DNA of 63,533 bases, the filler included, from Chiloscyllium plagiosum (Eukaryota), in the NCBI RefSeq assembly GCF_004010195.1. It is 6 parts of one record of this genome, joined end to end, with 100 filler letters (N's around TTAATTAATTAA, not from the genome) between each part and the next. Parts side by side here need not be neighbours in the genome. Positions count along the whole stretch, not along the records: positions 1 to 21,105 come from NC_057710.1; 5 more parts are not named here. One strand, written 5' to 3'. The notes beneath the pieces were generated by a model. It was given only the letters and a program-made list of their open reading frames with translations, did no database searches and was not told where the DNA came from. The position numbers and the translations under genes are program-made. Below are positions 1 to 11,749 of the stretch, one piece after another; the stretch's first letter is position 1, and each line of letters opens with the position of its first letter.

Positions 1-498
1 CTGTGTGCAGTTCTGGTTGCCTCACTTTAGGAAAGATGTGGAAGCTTTGGAGAGGGTGCAGAGAAGATTTACCAGGATGTTGCCTGGAATGGAGTGGAAG
101 TCGTACGAGGATAGGTTGAGAGTTCTCGGCCTTTTCTCGTTGGAACGGCGAAGGATGAGGGGTGACTTGATGGAGGTTTATAAGATGATCAGAGGAATAG
201 ATAGAGTATACAGTCAGAAACTTTTTCCCCGGGTACAACAGAGTGTTACAAGGGGACATAAATTTAAGGTGAAGGGTGGAAGGTATAGGGGAGATGTCAG
301 GGGTGGGTTCTTTACCCAGAGAGTGGTGGGGGCATGGAATGCGCTGCCCGTGGGAGTGGTAGAGTCGGAATCATTGGCGACCTTTAAGCGGCATTTGGAT
401 AGGTACATGGATGGGTACTTCATCTAGGTTAGAAGTTCGGCACAACATCGTGGGCCGAAGGGCCTGTTCTGTGCTGTATTGTTCTGTGTTCTATGTTC
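1..498 (+). mobile_element. CR1-clade (HER1-like) LINE, 3' end of ORF2 plus 3' UTR
   Basis: ORF 5..427 has CR1 ORF2 C-terminal motifs (QFWx[38 protein letters not shown]). It ends in gggccgaagggcctgt and a (ttctatg)-type microsatellite tail. Confidence 0.93.
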
Positions 499-1845
499 CT
501 TGCTTCATCAGGAACCCCTATCTTCATCTCCTCAATGCTATTCAATTTGGCAATTATTAGATGTTCTGCTCACTGCTCTGATACTTCCGATGTCACTAAA
601 AGCAACAATGTCGCTGACGTGCTGCTAAGAAAGCAACTTTTGTCCAAAACGATGTGGTTACTCAGATGATGAATAGGAAACCAAAGGAAAACTCTCCTGT
701 TTCCTCTTCTGACACCCTGACCGAGAGTAAATACGGACACATCAGGGGATGCCTCTGATGAGGAAAGACAAAGATGGATGAACTATAGTTGTTATGTAAA
801 TAGTTACAATAAGCTTTGGGTTACGCTGGTAGGACAGACATGTCTGCCCGACTGACTTCTGCTTATTCTAGTTGATTACGTTCATACACATATGCATGTA
901 GGTATGGAGGGAATGATGGACAGAATTCTCCATACCTGGTGGAATCCCCACCTACAAGAAAAAGCAAAACAAGCAGCTGCAAATTGCCTAATTTGTCAAA
1001 AGCATAATTCTGGGAAAGGGGTAAAGTGTTCACCAGGTGAAACTCCCTTGCCAAGTGCATCTTTTGATACTATCCAGTTAGATTTTACCTAGGTGCTATT
1101 GTTATAAGTATTGCTTAGTGATAATCGCTGTATTTAATAAAAGGATTGAAGTTTATCCCTGTACTGACTGCAAAGCAACATCTACTTGTAAAATTCTACG
1201 ATTTCGAGTACCGGTAACGGTCTCTTCCGATAATGCTCTCCACTTCTGTGTGGAGCTAAACAAGGCACTATAATCAGAGTTTGAATATGAATCAAAAATT
1301 CCATTGTGCCAACCATCCTCGAGCAGCGGGAATCGTAGAAAGAGCCGATGATACCTTAAAAGGTTAGCAAAGCAATTTGAAAGAAGAAACGGGCCTTACT
1401 TGGCTGCTAGTAATCCCTATTTCCCTTTTCAATATGAGAACCATGACACAGAAAAAGATTGGATTCTCGGTGGCCGAACCAATACATGGAAAGCCCCTGA
1501 GGATTCCTTGGTCTGCACCATTAACTGCCCAACATCCTGCTGGTGTGCATGACTAGCAGAAGAGATGCATAGATACCTGATTAAGCTAACCAAAGCATTG
1601 CAGTCTTATCATCAACAGGTCAAATAAGCCTATTGAAGACCAGGGAAAGAAGAAGAAAGAGCTCCAATGTTTAAAAACGATAACCCTGATGACTGCGTAC
1701 TATTGAAAGACTTTAATTGTGAAAAATTGGGCCCTTGCTGGAAAGGCCCTTATCAAGTTCTGCAAAACTGAAACTGCAAAAAAGGTAGAAGGATGCTCAA
1801 CATGGGTCTACAAAGGACATTGCAAGCTGGTATCCCCCTCACAGT
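499..1845 (+). pseudogene. pol: Endogenous retrovirus pol remnant (RNase H C-terminus, integrase, GPY/F region), class I epsilon/gamma-like
   Basis: Manual translation gives LASSGTPI, LAIIRCSAH and NNVAD (RNase H); the HHCC finger HTYMHVG...CLICQKHN; FDTIQLDFT, SSDNALHF and HPRAAGIVER (integrase core); and GPCWKGPYQVL...VEGCSTWV (GPY/F). Many stops and frameshifts. Confidence 0.9.
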
Positions 1846-2342
1846 GGAGAAAGTGAGGACTGCAGATGCTGGAGATCAGAGCTGAAAAATGTGTTGCTGG
1901 AAAAGCGCAGCAGGTCAGGCAGCATCCAAGGAGCAGGAGAATCGACGTTTCAGGTATAAGCCCTTCTTCAGGAATGAGGAAGGTGTGCCAAGCAGGCTAA
2001 GATAAAAGGTAGAGGGGAGGGACTTGGGGGAGGGCGTTGGGAATGCGTTTTCTTTTGGTGGCGGAAATGACGAAGGATGATACAATGTATCTGGAGGTTG
2101 GTGGGGTGGTAGGTGAGGACCTTTTTTTGGTGGCGGAAATGACGAAGGATTTTTTTGGTTGTGGAAATGACGAAGGCATTCCCAATGCCCCTCCCCCAAG
2201 TCCCTCCTCCCTACCTTTTATCTTAGCCTGCTTGGCACACCTTCCTCAATTCTGAAGAAGGGCTTATGCCCGAAACGTCGATTCTCCTGATCCTTGGATG
2301 CTGCCTGACCTGCTGCGCTTTTCCAGCAACACATTTTTCAGC
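1846..2342. mobile_element. Penelope-like foldback insertion (family 1) with inverted arms
   Basis: About 1881-2047 is the reverse complement of about 2176-2342. It is flanked by the direct repeat tccccctcacagt at 1833-1845 and 2343-2355 (13-bp TSD) and interrupts the ERV at the end of pol. Confidence 0.85.
2250..2282 (+). ncRNA. Minimal type I hammerhead ribozyme core (PLE family 1)
   Basis: CTGAAGA-A-GGGC ttat GCCC-GAAACGTC: a CUGANGA box, 4-bp helix II, GAAA box, palindromic ACGU helix III and GUC cleavage triplet. Helix I is only marginal in this copy. Confidence 0.65.
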
Positions 2343-2399
2343 TCCCCCTCACAGTCTTAGTGTTAGTATTGATACAAGTATCCGATGAAAACCCAACCC

Positions 2400-4483
2400 A
2401 AGTACATGCGCCCGAAAGTAACCAACCCATCTGTGATATCTCAGACTGGTTAATTGTATAATATATTGTATAAATGAAACCTGTACAATACTATTGGAAG
2501 CCATGAATGCAGCTGCTTAGCTGAAACTCATTTAAGCTACTCACATTGTGTGTCCAAACATCACTCTCAACTTTATTGTCATCCTCTCAACATTTCTGTG
2601 CCAGTCATCATGAGAAGGCATAATTCTATAACCTCATCCACTGTTACTTTGAAATGTTTGTCTGTTCCACTCTCAAAATGAACCGTACAGATTGCAGGAT
2701 TGAGCACATAGTACTGAAATCACCAAACCCTCGGCACCTGTTGCCATGAGACGGGCCACCAGAGTGGAAACAGGCCCTTTGGCCCAACAAGTCCGCACCG
2801 ACCCTCCGAAGAGTAACCCACCCAGTCCCATTTCCCCTGACTAATGCACCTTAACACTATGGGCAATTTAGCATGACCAATTCACCTGACCTGCACATCT
2901 CTGGACTGTGGGAGGAAACCGGAGCACCTGGAGGAAACCCACACAGACACTGAGAGAATGTGCAAACTTCACACAGACAGTTGCCCAAGGCTGGAATCAA
3001 ACCTGGGACCCTGGTGTTGTGAGGCAGCAGTGTTAACCACTGGGCCACCATGCTGCCCCAAATCATCTCCTATCCAATCTACGCCACTGACAGAAGTACC
3101 TTTTCACGTTTCCTGTAATCAGTAGCTACTATAATCAACAATTCAAATTGAAAAAAATGAAGAAAGACAAAAAATACTTTGCACTCCCAATCCTCCATCT
3201 GTTACTAATGGTTTCTTTATTCAAGCTAAACCCCCTGATTCATGTGTTATATGCTCACTGTTCTATCATTCTGATGTACAGTGTATAAATATGACTCAAA
3301 CATTTATGCAATCCCTCATTTGTGATGGAAAAGCCCATTCCATAGAAGAAGCACATCGCTTTGTGAAATGCACTAACAAACCTAAAGGATTCAACGTTAA
3401 CCTGATTCTGCTGTTAAAATGGTGCATTGAAAGACTTTTCGGTACCCACGACATGGGGCAAGTGAAACACAACTATGTAAAAATATTATCAAAGACACTG
3501 GCTGTACACCTGCCCTCCATCCGTTAATACACTTGGACAACCGAACGTTTTATAGCACTCACTGTTTACAACATTCAGCTCTCGCTCTGAGTGGATTTGT
3601 CGTTCATTCACAGAAGTACGCCCTTGGAACTCCTTTTAGCCTTCATTGGCTCTGCAAAAACAAAGCCTACCCATATTTATTCAATGACTGGTACGGACGT
3701 TGTGCCCTAGTATACATCTTATCTCTTTCTACCCTCCACCATGAAGTACCTGAAGTAGATGATGAATGGAACGCCCACCAACATATGAATCAGTACAGAA
3801 CAAAAAGTAGAGGAAAAACAAAGCAGGACTTACACAACTTCTTCCATCAATAAACCTAGTGGTCAAGGTTGCTGGGAGATCTTATTTCTGGCTGGGGTGT
3901 TGAAGTGGCCCCAGATCAGATATTTGACCTTGCATATGACATCGAAAAACTTGCTAACTCAATTGCCCATGTTTTGAAACTGGTGAACAAAGAGTTAAAG
4001 GAGACCCGGATGGTGATCCTTCAGAATCGGCTAGTGCTAGATTTCCTCCTTGCTGAAGAAGGAGGCGCTTGTTCAGTCATTGGCCCACAATGTTGCACCA
4101 TCATTGATGATTTCTCAAAAGATATTTCGGACAACACAGATGTTATCAACAAAAAGAGTCGATACCTGCCCCACATCATCCGATTCATGTGGATGGAGTG
4201 TTACTTGCTGGCTATGGGTGCTGTGCGAATGGATCGTGTGGAGTGTACTGATAATCTTTGGTCTCATCCTAGGAATATCATTGTCGTACGCTTATGCACG
4301 AAATGGACCATACATTACTTTTCACCTAAGCCAACGAGGAATCTGGTTAATCAATCCTTGATTATCCCTGTGCCTCCATGCCCGAATGTCCATGCTGAAA
4401 TCCAGTATCTTTCAGACTCTGCTCCTCCGGATAATGACTCGCCAGAGGCAGCACTTGACTTATTAAGAATACAAATTAGCTGA
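2400..4483 (+). pseudogene. env: ERV env remnant (SU-TM), gamma-type TM
   Basis: ORF 3869..4483 has a heptad repeat, the immunosuppressive domain LQNRLVLDFLLAEEGG and CSVIGPQCC (CX6CC). SU has WLCKNKAY...WYGRCAL and a decayed basic cleavage site (RGKTKQ). The hydrophobic membrane anchor lies in another frame (ORF 4050..4361, WIVWSVLIIFGLILGISL). The 5' boundary is uncertain and a SINE interrupts it. Confidence 0.88.
2761..3059 (-). mobile_element. HE1-type tRNA-derived SINE inserted in ERV env
   Basis: The minus strand starts ggcagcatggtggcccagtggttaacactgctgcctcac (A box), has a B-box-like ggtttgattcc, the conserved core gtttgcacattctc...gggtttcctcc, and a LINE-related 3' end. Confidence 0.9.
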
Positions 4484-4542
4484 CTGGACTAATTATACTT
4501 GTATAAGCTATGTAGTTGTCATGAAATGACAAAAATAAAGAA

Positions 4543-5110
4543 TGAGAAAGTTTATTGCCTTAAAACTTGTCCTTAAACATTTCGACTAAAATGTAATTTA
4601 GAATTATAGAACGCGTCTGCTGCACACTAGAAAATAGACAGGCAGGGAGGGTAAGACAATTAGGAACATTTGCCTTAACATCAGTGAATCTGTATAAACA
4701 GGACACGGAGTGATAACATTCATGGCTGTTTCTTTGTAAAAGTGATAACAATGTCCGAAACTCTGTATCAATTAACCTCTCTTCTGAATTATTGTCCTTC
4801 ACTATTATCTGTCTAATTGAGAACATGCAGTGCTTTTATTAACTTTGTGTTTGTGACAGTACAACCTTTCTAAGTTCGCATATAAAGGTCGTCTGTTTTT
4901 GATAGTACAACAGAGTAACCTGCCAAGGCTCTTGAAGAGCTGATGTTCTACTTTCCTGGGTATTTGGATCCAGTTAGCCTGGCTTATAGATATCAGTGTT
5001 ATGTTGGAACAGTGATGCTATTAGTAAATTAAGGGAATTATTGCACTTAAATTAAATTGTCTGTAAGAGTATTTTTATTCCAGCCTACTAAAGGTACGAT
5101 CTCCAGGACA
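4543..5110 (+). repeat. Probable ERV 3' LTR
   Basis: Follows the env stop and a purine-rich tract (aaaaataaagaa, 4531-4542). It starts with TG, has TATAAA at 4881 and ATTAAA at 5051, with a candidate CA end at 5110. No 5' LTR is in the window to confirm the ends. Confidence 0.55.
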
Positions 5111-5149
5111 AACCATGAGAGGCTTAAATCTGTCTCAAATCTGTATTTT

Positions 5150-6720
5150 AACACCATAACCCATAATTCCTTCACAGTTAAAAATAATCTGTCTTTCTTT
5201 GCCTTAAAAACATTCAAAGAGATATCCTCAACTGCTTCACTCGACAGGGAATTCCACAAATTCACAACCCTTTGGGTGTAGAAGTTCCTCCTCAACTTAG
5301 TCCCTCTTTATTTTGAGGCTATGCTCCCGACTTCTAATTTCAACTGTTAGTGGAATTAACCACCCTGCTTCTATCCTATCTTTTCCATTCATAATTTTAT
5401 ATGTTCCTATTAGATTCAATCCCTCTTCCCCCAAGTTCTTCCAAATTCCAATATATATAGTCCCAGAATATTCAATCTCTCCTCATAAGTCGGTCTTCTC
5501 AATTCCGGAATGAACTTAGTGAGCCTTCTCTGCACCTCTTCTAGTGCCAGTACATCCTTTCTCAAGTAAGAAGACCAAAATTGTACACTACTCCAGTAAT
5601 GGACTCACCAGCACCCCACACCTTTGCAACATAACCTCCCTGCTTTTAAACTCAATCCTTTTAGCAATGAAGGGCAGAATTCCTTTTGCCTTCTTAATTA
5701 CCTGCTGCACTTACAAATCATCTTTTTGTGATTCATGCACAAGGACACCCAGCTCCCTCTGCATAGCAGCATGCTGCAATTTTTCACCATTTAAATAATA
5801 GTCCCATTTTTCTGTTGCTCCTACCAAAACGGATGACCTTATATTTGCTGACATTGTACTCCATTTACCAGACCCATACCCAATCACTGAACCTATCTAT
5901 ACCTCTCTGCAGACTTTCAGCGTCCTCTGCACACTTTGCTCTACCATTCTTTTTAGGGTTATCTGTGAACTTTGACACACTGCATTTAGAACCCAATTCG
6001 AAATCATCTGTGTAAATTGTAAATAATTGTGGACCTAATACTAATCCCTGAGGCATACCACTAGCCACTGATTGCCAACCAGAACATCACCCATTTATCC
6101 CTACTCTTTGTTTTCTGTTAGTTACCCAATTCTCTATCCATGCTAATACATGACCCACAATGCCAGGCACCTTTACCTTATGCAGCAGCCTTTTGTGCAG
6201 CATTTTGTCAAATGTCTTCTTGAAATCCACATGCACTACATCCTGTCGTCCTCTGCTCATAATGTCCTCAAAGAATTCCAGTAAATTAGTTAAACATGAT
6301 CTGCCTTTCATGAACTCATGCTGCGTCTGCCCGATGGGATAATTCCTATCAAGATGTCTCAGTATTTCCTCCTTGATTCTGGATTTAAGCATTTTCCCAA
6401 GTCCAGAAGTTAAGCTAATGAGCCTGTAGTTACCCATCTTCTGTCGACCTCCTTTTTTAAACCGTGACATCACATTTGCTGTTTTGCAATCTGCAAAATC
6501 CAGCAAACTTTGGTAAATTACAATGTGCATCTTTGCTATTTACGCCGCCATGTCTTCTAATACTCTGGGATAGATTCCATCTGGGCCAGGAAACTTGACT
6601 ATCTTTAGCCCATTAGCTTGATGAACACAACCTCTTTAGCAATAATGATTGTTTCTATGTCCTCATCCACTGTAGCCTTCTTGTTATCAAATTATGACTC
6701 TTCAATTACATGGTCCTTCT
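5150..6720 (-). mobile_element. CR1/HER1 LINE ORF2 fragment (RT to 3' region)
   Basis: ORFs 6087..6530 (NYRLISLTS, GRSCLTNLLEF), 5865..6068 (PQGLVLGP, KFTD) and 5047..5295 (FYTQRVVNLWNSL). Confidence 0.88.
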
Positions 6721-6785
6721 CCAAATAAGTTATTCTCAGGTCCAATTCTGCTCAGCGGGTCCTCTATATGACTGGACATCAACTG

Positions 6786-8150
6786 AACATAAGAACTAGG
6801 AGCAGGATTAGGCCATCTGGCCCCTCGAGTCTGCTTTGCCATTCAATAAGATCATGACTGATCTTTAAATGACTTCAGCTCCACTTACTTGCCCTCTCAG
6901 CATAATCCTTTATTCTTTGACTGCTCACAAAAATTATCTGTCTGATCTTTAAAACGTTTACTGAGGAAGCCTCACTACTTCACTGGGCAGGGAATTCCAT
7001 AGATTCACAACACTCTGGGTGAAGAAGTTCCTTCTTAATTCAATCCTAAATCTACTCCCCCTAATTTTGAGGCGAGGCCCTCTTGTCCTCGTTTCATTTG
7101 CCAGTGGAAACATCCTCTCTACTTCTTTCTTATCTATTCCCTTCATAAGTGGATATGTTTCTATATCACCTCCTTCCCCCTCATTCTTCTAAATTCCAAT
7201 TAATACAATCTCAGTCTGCTAAGTCTGTCTTCATAAGCCAATCCCGTCAACTCTGCAGTCAACCTAGTGAACCTCCTCTGTACCCCCTCCAGTGCCAGTT
7301 TGTCTTTTCTCAGATAAGCAGACTACAACTGCATGCAGTACTCCAGGTATGGCCTCATTCGCACCCTACACCACTGCAACATAACCTTGCTCCATTTAAA
7401 GTCAATCTTTTTAGCAATGAAGGGCAGAATTCCATTTGCCGTCTTAACTACTGCTGCACCTGCAAATCATCTTTTTGTGATTCATGCACAAGGACAGCCA
7501 GGTCCCTTTGCATAGCAGCATGCTGCAATTTTTTCACCATTCAAGTAATAGTCCTTTTTACTGTTACTCCTCCCAAAATGGATGACTTCACATTTATTAA
7601 CATTGTGCTCCATCTGCCAGAATCTGTCCACTCACTTAAACTGTCTATATCCCTTTGCAACATTTCACAGTCCATTGCACATTTTGCTCATCTTAATGTC
7701 AACCGCAGACTTGGATACACTACATGCGGTCCCCAACTCCAAATCTTCTATGTGAATTGTGAATACTTAAAGTCCTAACACTGATCCCTCCGGCATATCA
7801 CGACTCACGTATTGCCAACCAGAATAGCATTCATTTATCTCCACTCTTTGCTTCCAAAAGCAGTTAACTAATCTTCTATCCATGCTAATAAATTGCCCAT
7901 AACACCATGCATATTTGTCTTATGCAGCAGTCTTTTTGTGGCACCTTGCTGAATGCCTTTTGGGAATCTAGATTTACCACATCTACTGAGTCCCCATTGT
8001 CCACCATGCTTGTAATACCTTCATAGAATTGCAGTAGATTAGTTAAACATGACCTACCCTTCTTGAACCCATGCTGCATCTGCCCTATGGGACAGTTTCT
8101 AACTAGATGCCTTGCTATTTCTTCTTTGATAATAGACTCAAGCATCTGGG
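6786..8150 (-). mobile_element. CR1/HER1 LINE fragment with 3' tail
   Basis: ORFs 7885..8145 (QHGFKKGRSCLTNLL) and 6958..7146 (FFTQSVVNLWNSLP). The reverse-complemented 3' tail acataagaactaggagcagg is at about 6787. Confidence 0.88.
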
Positions 8151-8182
8151 ATCACTGTTACTATCTTTTCTTGTTGTTTCAT

Positions 8183-8505
8183 GCAACACGGGTGGCTCAG
8201 TGATTAGCACTGCTGCCTCACAGCACCAAGGTCCTGGGTTCGATTCCCGCCTGTCTGTGTGGAGTTTGCACATTCTCCCTGTGTCTGCGTGGGTTTCCTC
8301 CGGGTGCCCCAGTTACCTCCCACAATCTAAAGATGTGCAGGTCAGGTGAATTGGCCATTTTAAATTACCCACAGTGTTAGGTGTGTTAGTCAGGAGTAAA
8401 TATAGGGTAGGGGAATGGGTTTGGGTGGGTTTCTCTTCGGAGGGGCGGTGTGGACATGTTGGGCCGAAGAGCCTGTTTCCACACTGTAGAGAATCTAATC
8501 TAATC
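8183..8505 (+). mobile_element. HE1-type SINE
   Basis: ggtggctcagtgattagcactgctgcctcacagc...ggttcgattccc (A/B boxes), conserved core and an (aatct)n tail. Confidence 0.92.
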
Positions 8506-8749
8506 AACATATAACTGGAGATAGAAAATTCAGTTTGAAGACTGCAATTAAACAAAATCACTTGGTGTACATTAATTATTCTGCAAAACATATAGTAACA
8601 TGTTTGTAAGATTGTTCAATTATCTATTTCACACTGTTTTAGTGAAAATGGAAGTTTGATGCTTATAATCTTAAGTTATAACAATATTTGAAATTGAAGT
8701 TAACATTAAAATTTCTACTTAATGACTTGTTTTTCTGGTATTGGAACAG

Positions 8750-8865
8750 GAGATGGTTTCCTGAAACAACAGGAAAGATTTCTTCAAGAACTGAATCAGT
8801 ATAGTGTCACCTCTCCATTTATTGTATCAGGAGGACAGATGTGGAATATGGATCATTTACAACAC
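8750..8865 (+). CDS. Candidate internal coding exon of an unidentified host gene
   Basis: Lies in a repeat-free AT-rich island with acceptor ttgtttttctggtattggaacAG and donor cac/GTAAGG. Only one frame is open (phase 1 to 0): DGFLKQQERFLQELNQYSVTSPFIVSGGQMWNMDHLQH. Protein not recognised. Confidence 0.5.
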
Positions 8866-9339
8866 GTAAGGAATGCAATGGAAGAGAATATTGTTTCATA
8901 AATCTATTTACTGGTTTACCTAATTCATCTGGGCCCTGCATCATCTGCTCCAATTCGGCTTATCTTTAAATATCATCAGCATTGTCCCTTTGGTTTTGGA
9001 ATGCTGAGGTCAATCCATTGTAAATAAAATCATCAAATCTTGCGTCACAAAAGGAACCCATTCACCTTATCGTTAGCCATCCTTGTCAGTACTCTGAATT
9101 TATTTTAATTGGAAGTTAATGTAAAAGGTATTTCATTTAAAGTTTTCCATTTTGTTATTTCAAGATTGCTACTCAATACCCTTTTACCAAACTTTGTTAC
9201 CACCAGACTTCAGGCAAGGTTCCCCAGTTTGTTATGGTTTCAGACAAGATACCTTAAAGCATTAAGTTTCAGAGTGAAGAGGAATGAACTGGCTGCCTTT
9301 ATGTCTCTATTCCCTTTGTAAAAGTTTAATGATGAGCAG

Positions 9340-9546
9340 GAATCCATTGTGGAGTGTCAGTAAAACCTATCTAGTTCTTTAGTGTCTTTTAGGAAGTGAA
9401 ATCTGTCATCCTTGCCTGGTCTGCTCTACATGTGACCCGAGATCCACAGCAATGAGGTTGACTCTTAACTGCCCTATAGGCAATTAGGGATGAATGATAA
9501 ATGCTAGCCTAACCAGTGGCACTCTCATTCTGAGATTGAAAAAAAG
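9340..9546 (+). mobile_element. 3' tail of an old CR1/L2-type LINE or related SINE
   Basis: gaaatctgtcatccttgcctggtctg...gttgactcttaactgccc...ggcaattagggatg followed by an A tract. The same tail recurs on the minus strand at about 41320-41600. Confidence 0.6.
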
Positions 9547-9562
9547 GTTAAAAAGTTATCAA

Positions 9563-9765
9563 CAAAAACAGAAGTTGCTGGAAAAACTCAGCTGGTCTGG
9601 CAGTACCTGTGAAAAGAAATCAGAGTTCATGTTTCTGAGGAAAGGTCACTGGAGCTGAAATGTGAACTCTTGATTTCTCTACACAGCTGCTGCCAGACCA
9701 GCGGAGCTTTTCCAGCATCTTCTGTTTTTGTTTCTGAGTTACAGCAACCGCAGTTCTTTCGGTTT
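9563..9765. mobile_element. Old palindromic PLE-end remnant
   Basis: aaaaacagaagttgctggaaaaactcagc...gcttttccagcatcttctgttttt form inverted arms around a decayed hammerhead-like core (ctgaggaaagg...ctgaaatgt). Confidence 0.6.
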
Positions 9766-9804
9766 TGATTTTAAAAATTATCCTTGTGAATGCCTCTCTC
9801 CCAG

Positions 9805-9867
9805 ATCCAAATGAATGTGTGTTTGGTAAAGAGCCAATTTCACTAAGCTTTCTTGAGCAAACCAAAA
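9805..9867 (+). CDS. Candidate 63-nt exon
   Basis: Acceptor tgcctctctcccAG and donor aaa/GTGAGT. It reads IQMNVCLVKSQFH* in phase 0 (compatible with the 8750-8865 exon) or PNECVFGKEPISLSFLEQTK in phase 1. Confidence 0.35.
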
Positions 9868-9954
9868 GTGAGTTAATTAATTATGAAGTACAAGGAGAAT
9901 TGGTAACGTGAAAAACACAGATAAGAATTAAGCCCAAAAAGATATGTTAAAAAT

Positions 9955-11302
9955 GTAGTTATAAGCCTGGGAATTATAGGCCAGTCACATGGGAAATTTA
10001 TTGGAGAGGATTCTGAGAGACAGGATTTATGATTACTTGGAAAACCATTGATTGCTTAGAGATAGTCAGTATGGCTTTGTGAGGAACACGTCACATCTCA
10101 TAAGCCTTATTGAATTACTTGAGGATGTGACAAAACACATTGAGGAAAGATGAGCAGTAGATGTCATGTAGACGGATTTTAGCAAGGCATTTGATAAGGT
10201 TAACCACAGTCGACTCATTCAGAAAGTAGGCAGGCATGTGATACGGGAAAATTTGGCTATCTGGATTCAGAATTAGCTGACCCACAAAAGACAGAATGGA
10301 GGTAAAAGGAAAGTGTTCAGCCTGGAGCTCGGTGACAGGGAACTGTTCTGGGACCTCTGCTCTTTGTGATTTTTATAAATGATTTGGATGAGAAAGTAGA
10401 AGGGTTAGTAAGTTTGCAAATAACACGAAGGTTGGTGGAGTGGTGGGTAGTGTGAAGGGCTTTTGTAGGTTGCAACAGGACATTGACAGAATGCGGAACT
10501 GGGCTGAGAAGTGGCAAATGGAGTTCAACCTGGAACAGTGTGAAGTGATTCATTTTGCCAGGTCGAATTCGAGTGCAGAATACAGGGTTAAAGGCAGGAT
10601 TCTTAGCAATATAGAGGAACAGAGGGATCTTGGGTCCATAGAGCCCTCAAAGTTGCCACCCAAGTTGATCAGGCTAGGCTGTTCAGAAAGTGCATGGTGT
10701 GTTGGCTTTCATTCGCAGGGGGATTGAGTTTTAGAGCAGTGATGTAATGCCACAGCTGTATAGAGCACTAGTTAGAGCACACCTGGAATGTTGTTTTCAG
10801 TTCTGGTCGCCTCATTATAGGAAGGATGTGGAAACTTTAGAGTGGGTGCAAAGGAGAATTACCAGGATACTGCATGGTCTGGAGGCATGTCTCATGATGA
10901 GTGGTTGAGGGAACTAAGGCTTTTCCCATTGGAGCAAAGAATGGTGAGAGGCAACTTAATTGAGGTATACAAGATGATGAGACACATAGAGTGAATAGTC
11001 AGCGACTTTTTCCCTGGGTGGAAATGGCTATCTCAAAGGGGCATAATTTGAAGCTGATTGGAGGAAGGTGTAGGGGAGATGTCAGAGGTCAGTTCTTTAG
11101 ACAAAGAGTGGTAGGTGCTTTGAATGCAATACCAGCGGTCATTATAGAGTCAGATACATTAGGGACATTTAAGGGACTCTTTGGACACGCACATGGATGA
11201 TAGTAAAATGAAGGGTATGTAGATTAGTTTGAGCTTAGAGTAGGATAAAACGTCGGCACAACATGGAGGGCCAAAGGGCCTGTACTGGGCTGTACTGTTC
11301 TA
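9955..11302 (+). mobile_element. CR1/HER1 LINE 3' half
   Basis: RT motifs (WAEKWQMEFNLEQCEVIHF, ORF 10440..10727), C-terminal ORF 10991..11200 and 3' tail gggcctgtactgggctgtactgttcta. Confidence 0.9.
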
Positions 11303-11749
11303 CATTTGCAATTCAGTCTCTGAAATGTTTGCAAAGATGGAATTATTGTTACAGCTATTAAGGTGGAGGTTACTTGTAGCATTAATGTCAGTTGTCATAT
11401 ATCATATATATATGTTAATATCTATCAGTAAGTTTCAAATAACAGTGCAGTGCAGGATCAGCCCACCAAGACTTGCTGACACATGGTGACTTTCTATACT
11501 AAAAATCTTTTGTCTGTAAACAGTTGTATCCCTCTCTTCCTTGCCTAATGATATATCTGTCAAGATGTTTCTCAAACATGGCTCTTCTTTCCACCTCCAC
11601 CATCACCTTTGGCAGCATATTCCAGGCACCTACCACCTTCTGTAAAAAATGAACAAACTGCTTCTCACATCTCCTTTAAACTTCGCTCTGTTTACTGTAA
11701 ACCTGTGTCCACTAGTCATTGACATTTTTACCATTATATCCATACCTCT

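Noticed and set aside
3869..4483. Domesticated syncytin-like env gene
   Set aside because: SU is broken by stops and a SINE, the furin site is decayed, and the membrane anchor is out of frame.
7149..7778. 209-aa ORF and similar long ORFs antisense to LINEs
   Set aside because: They are antisense frames of CR1 ORF2 with no independent coding signal.
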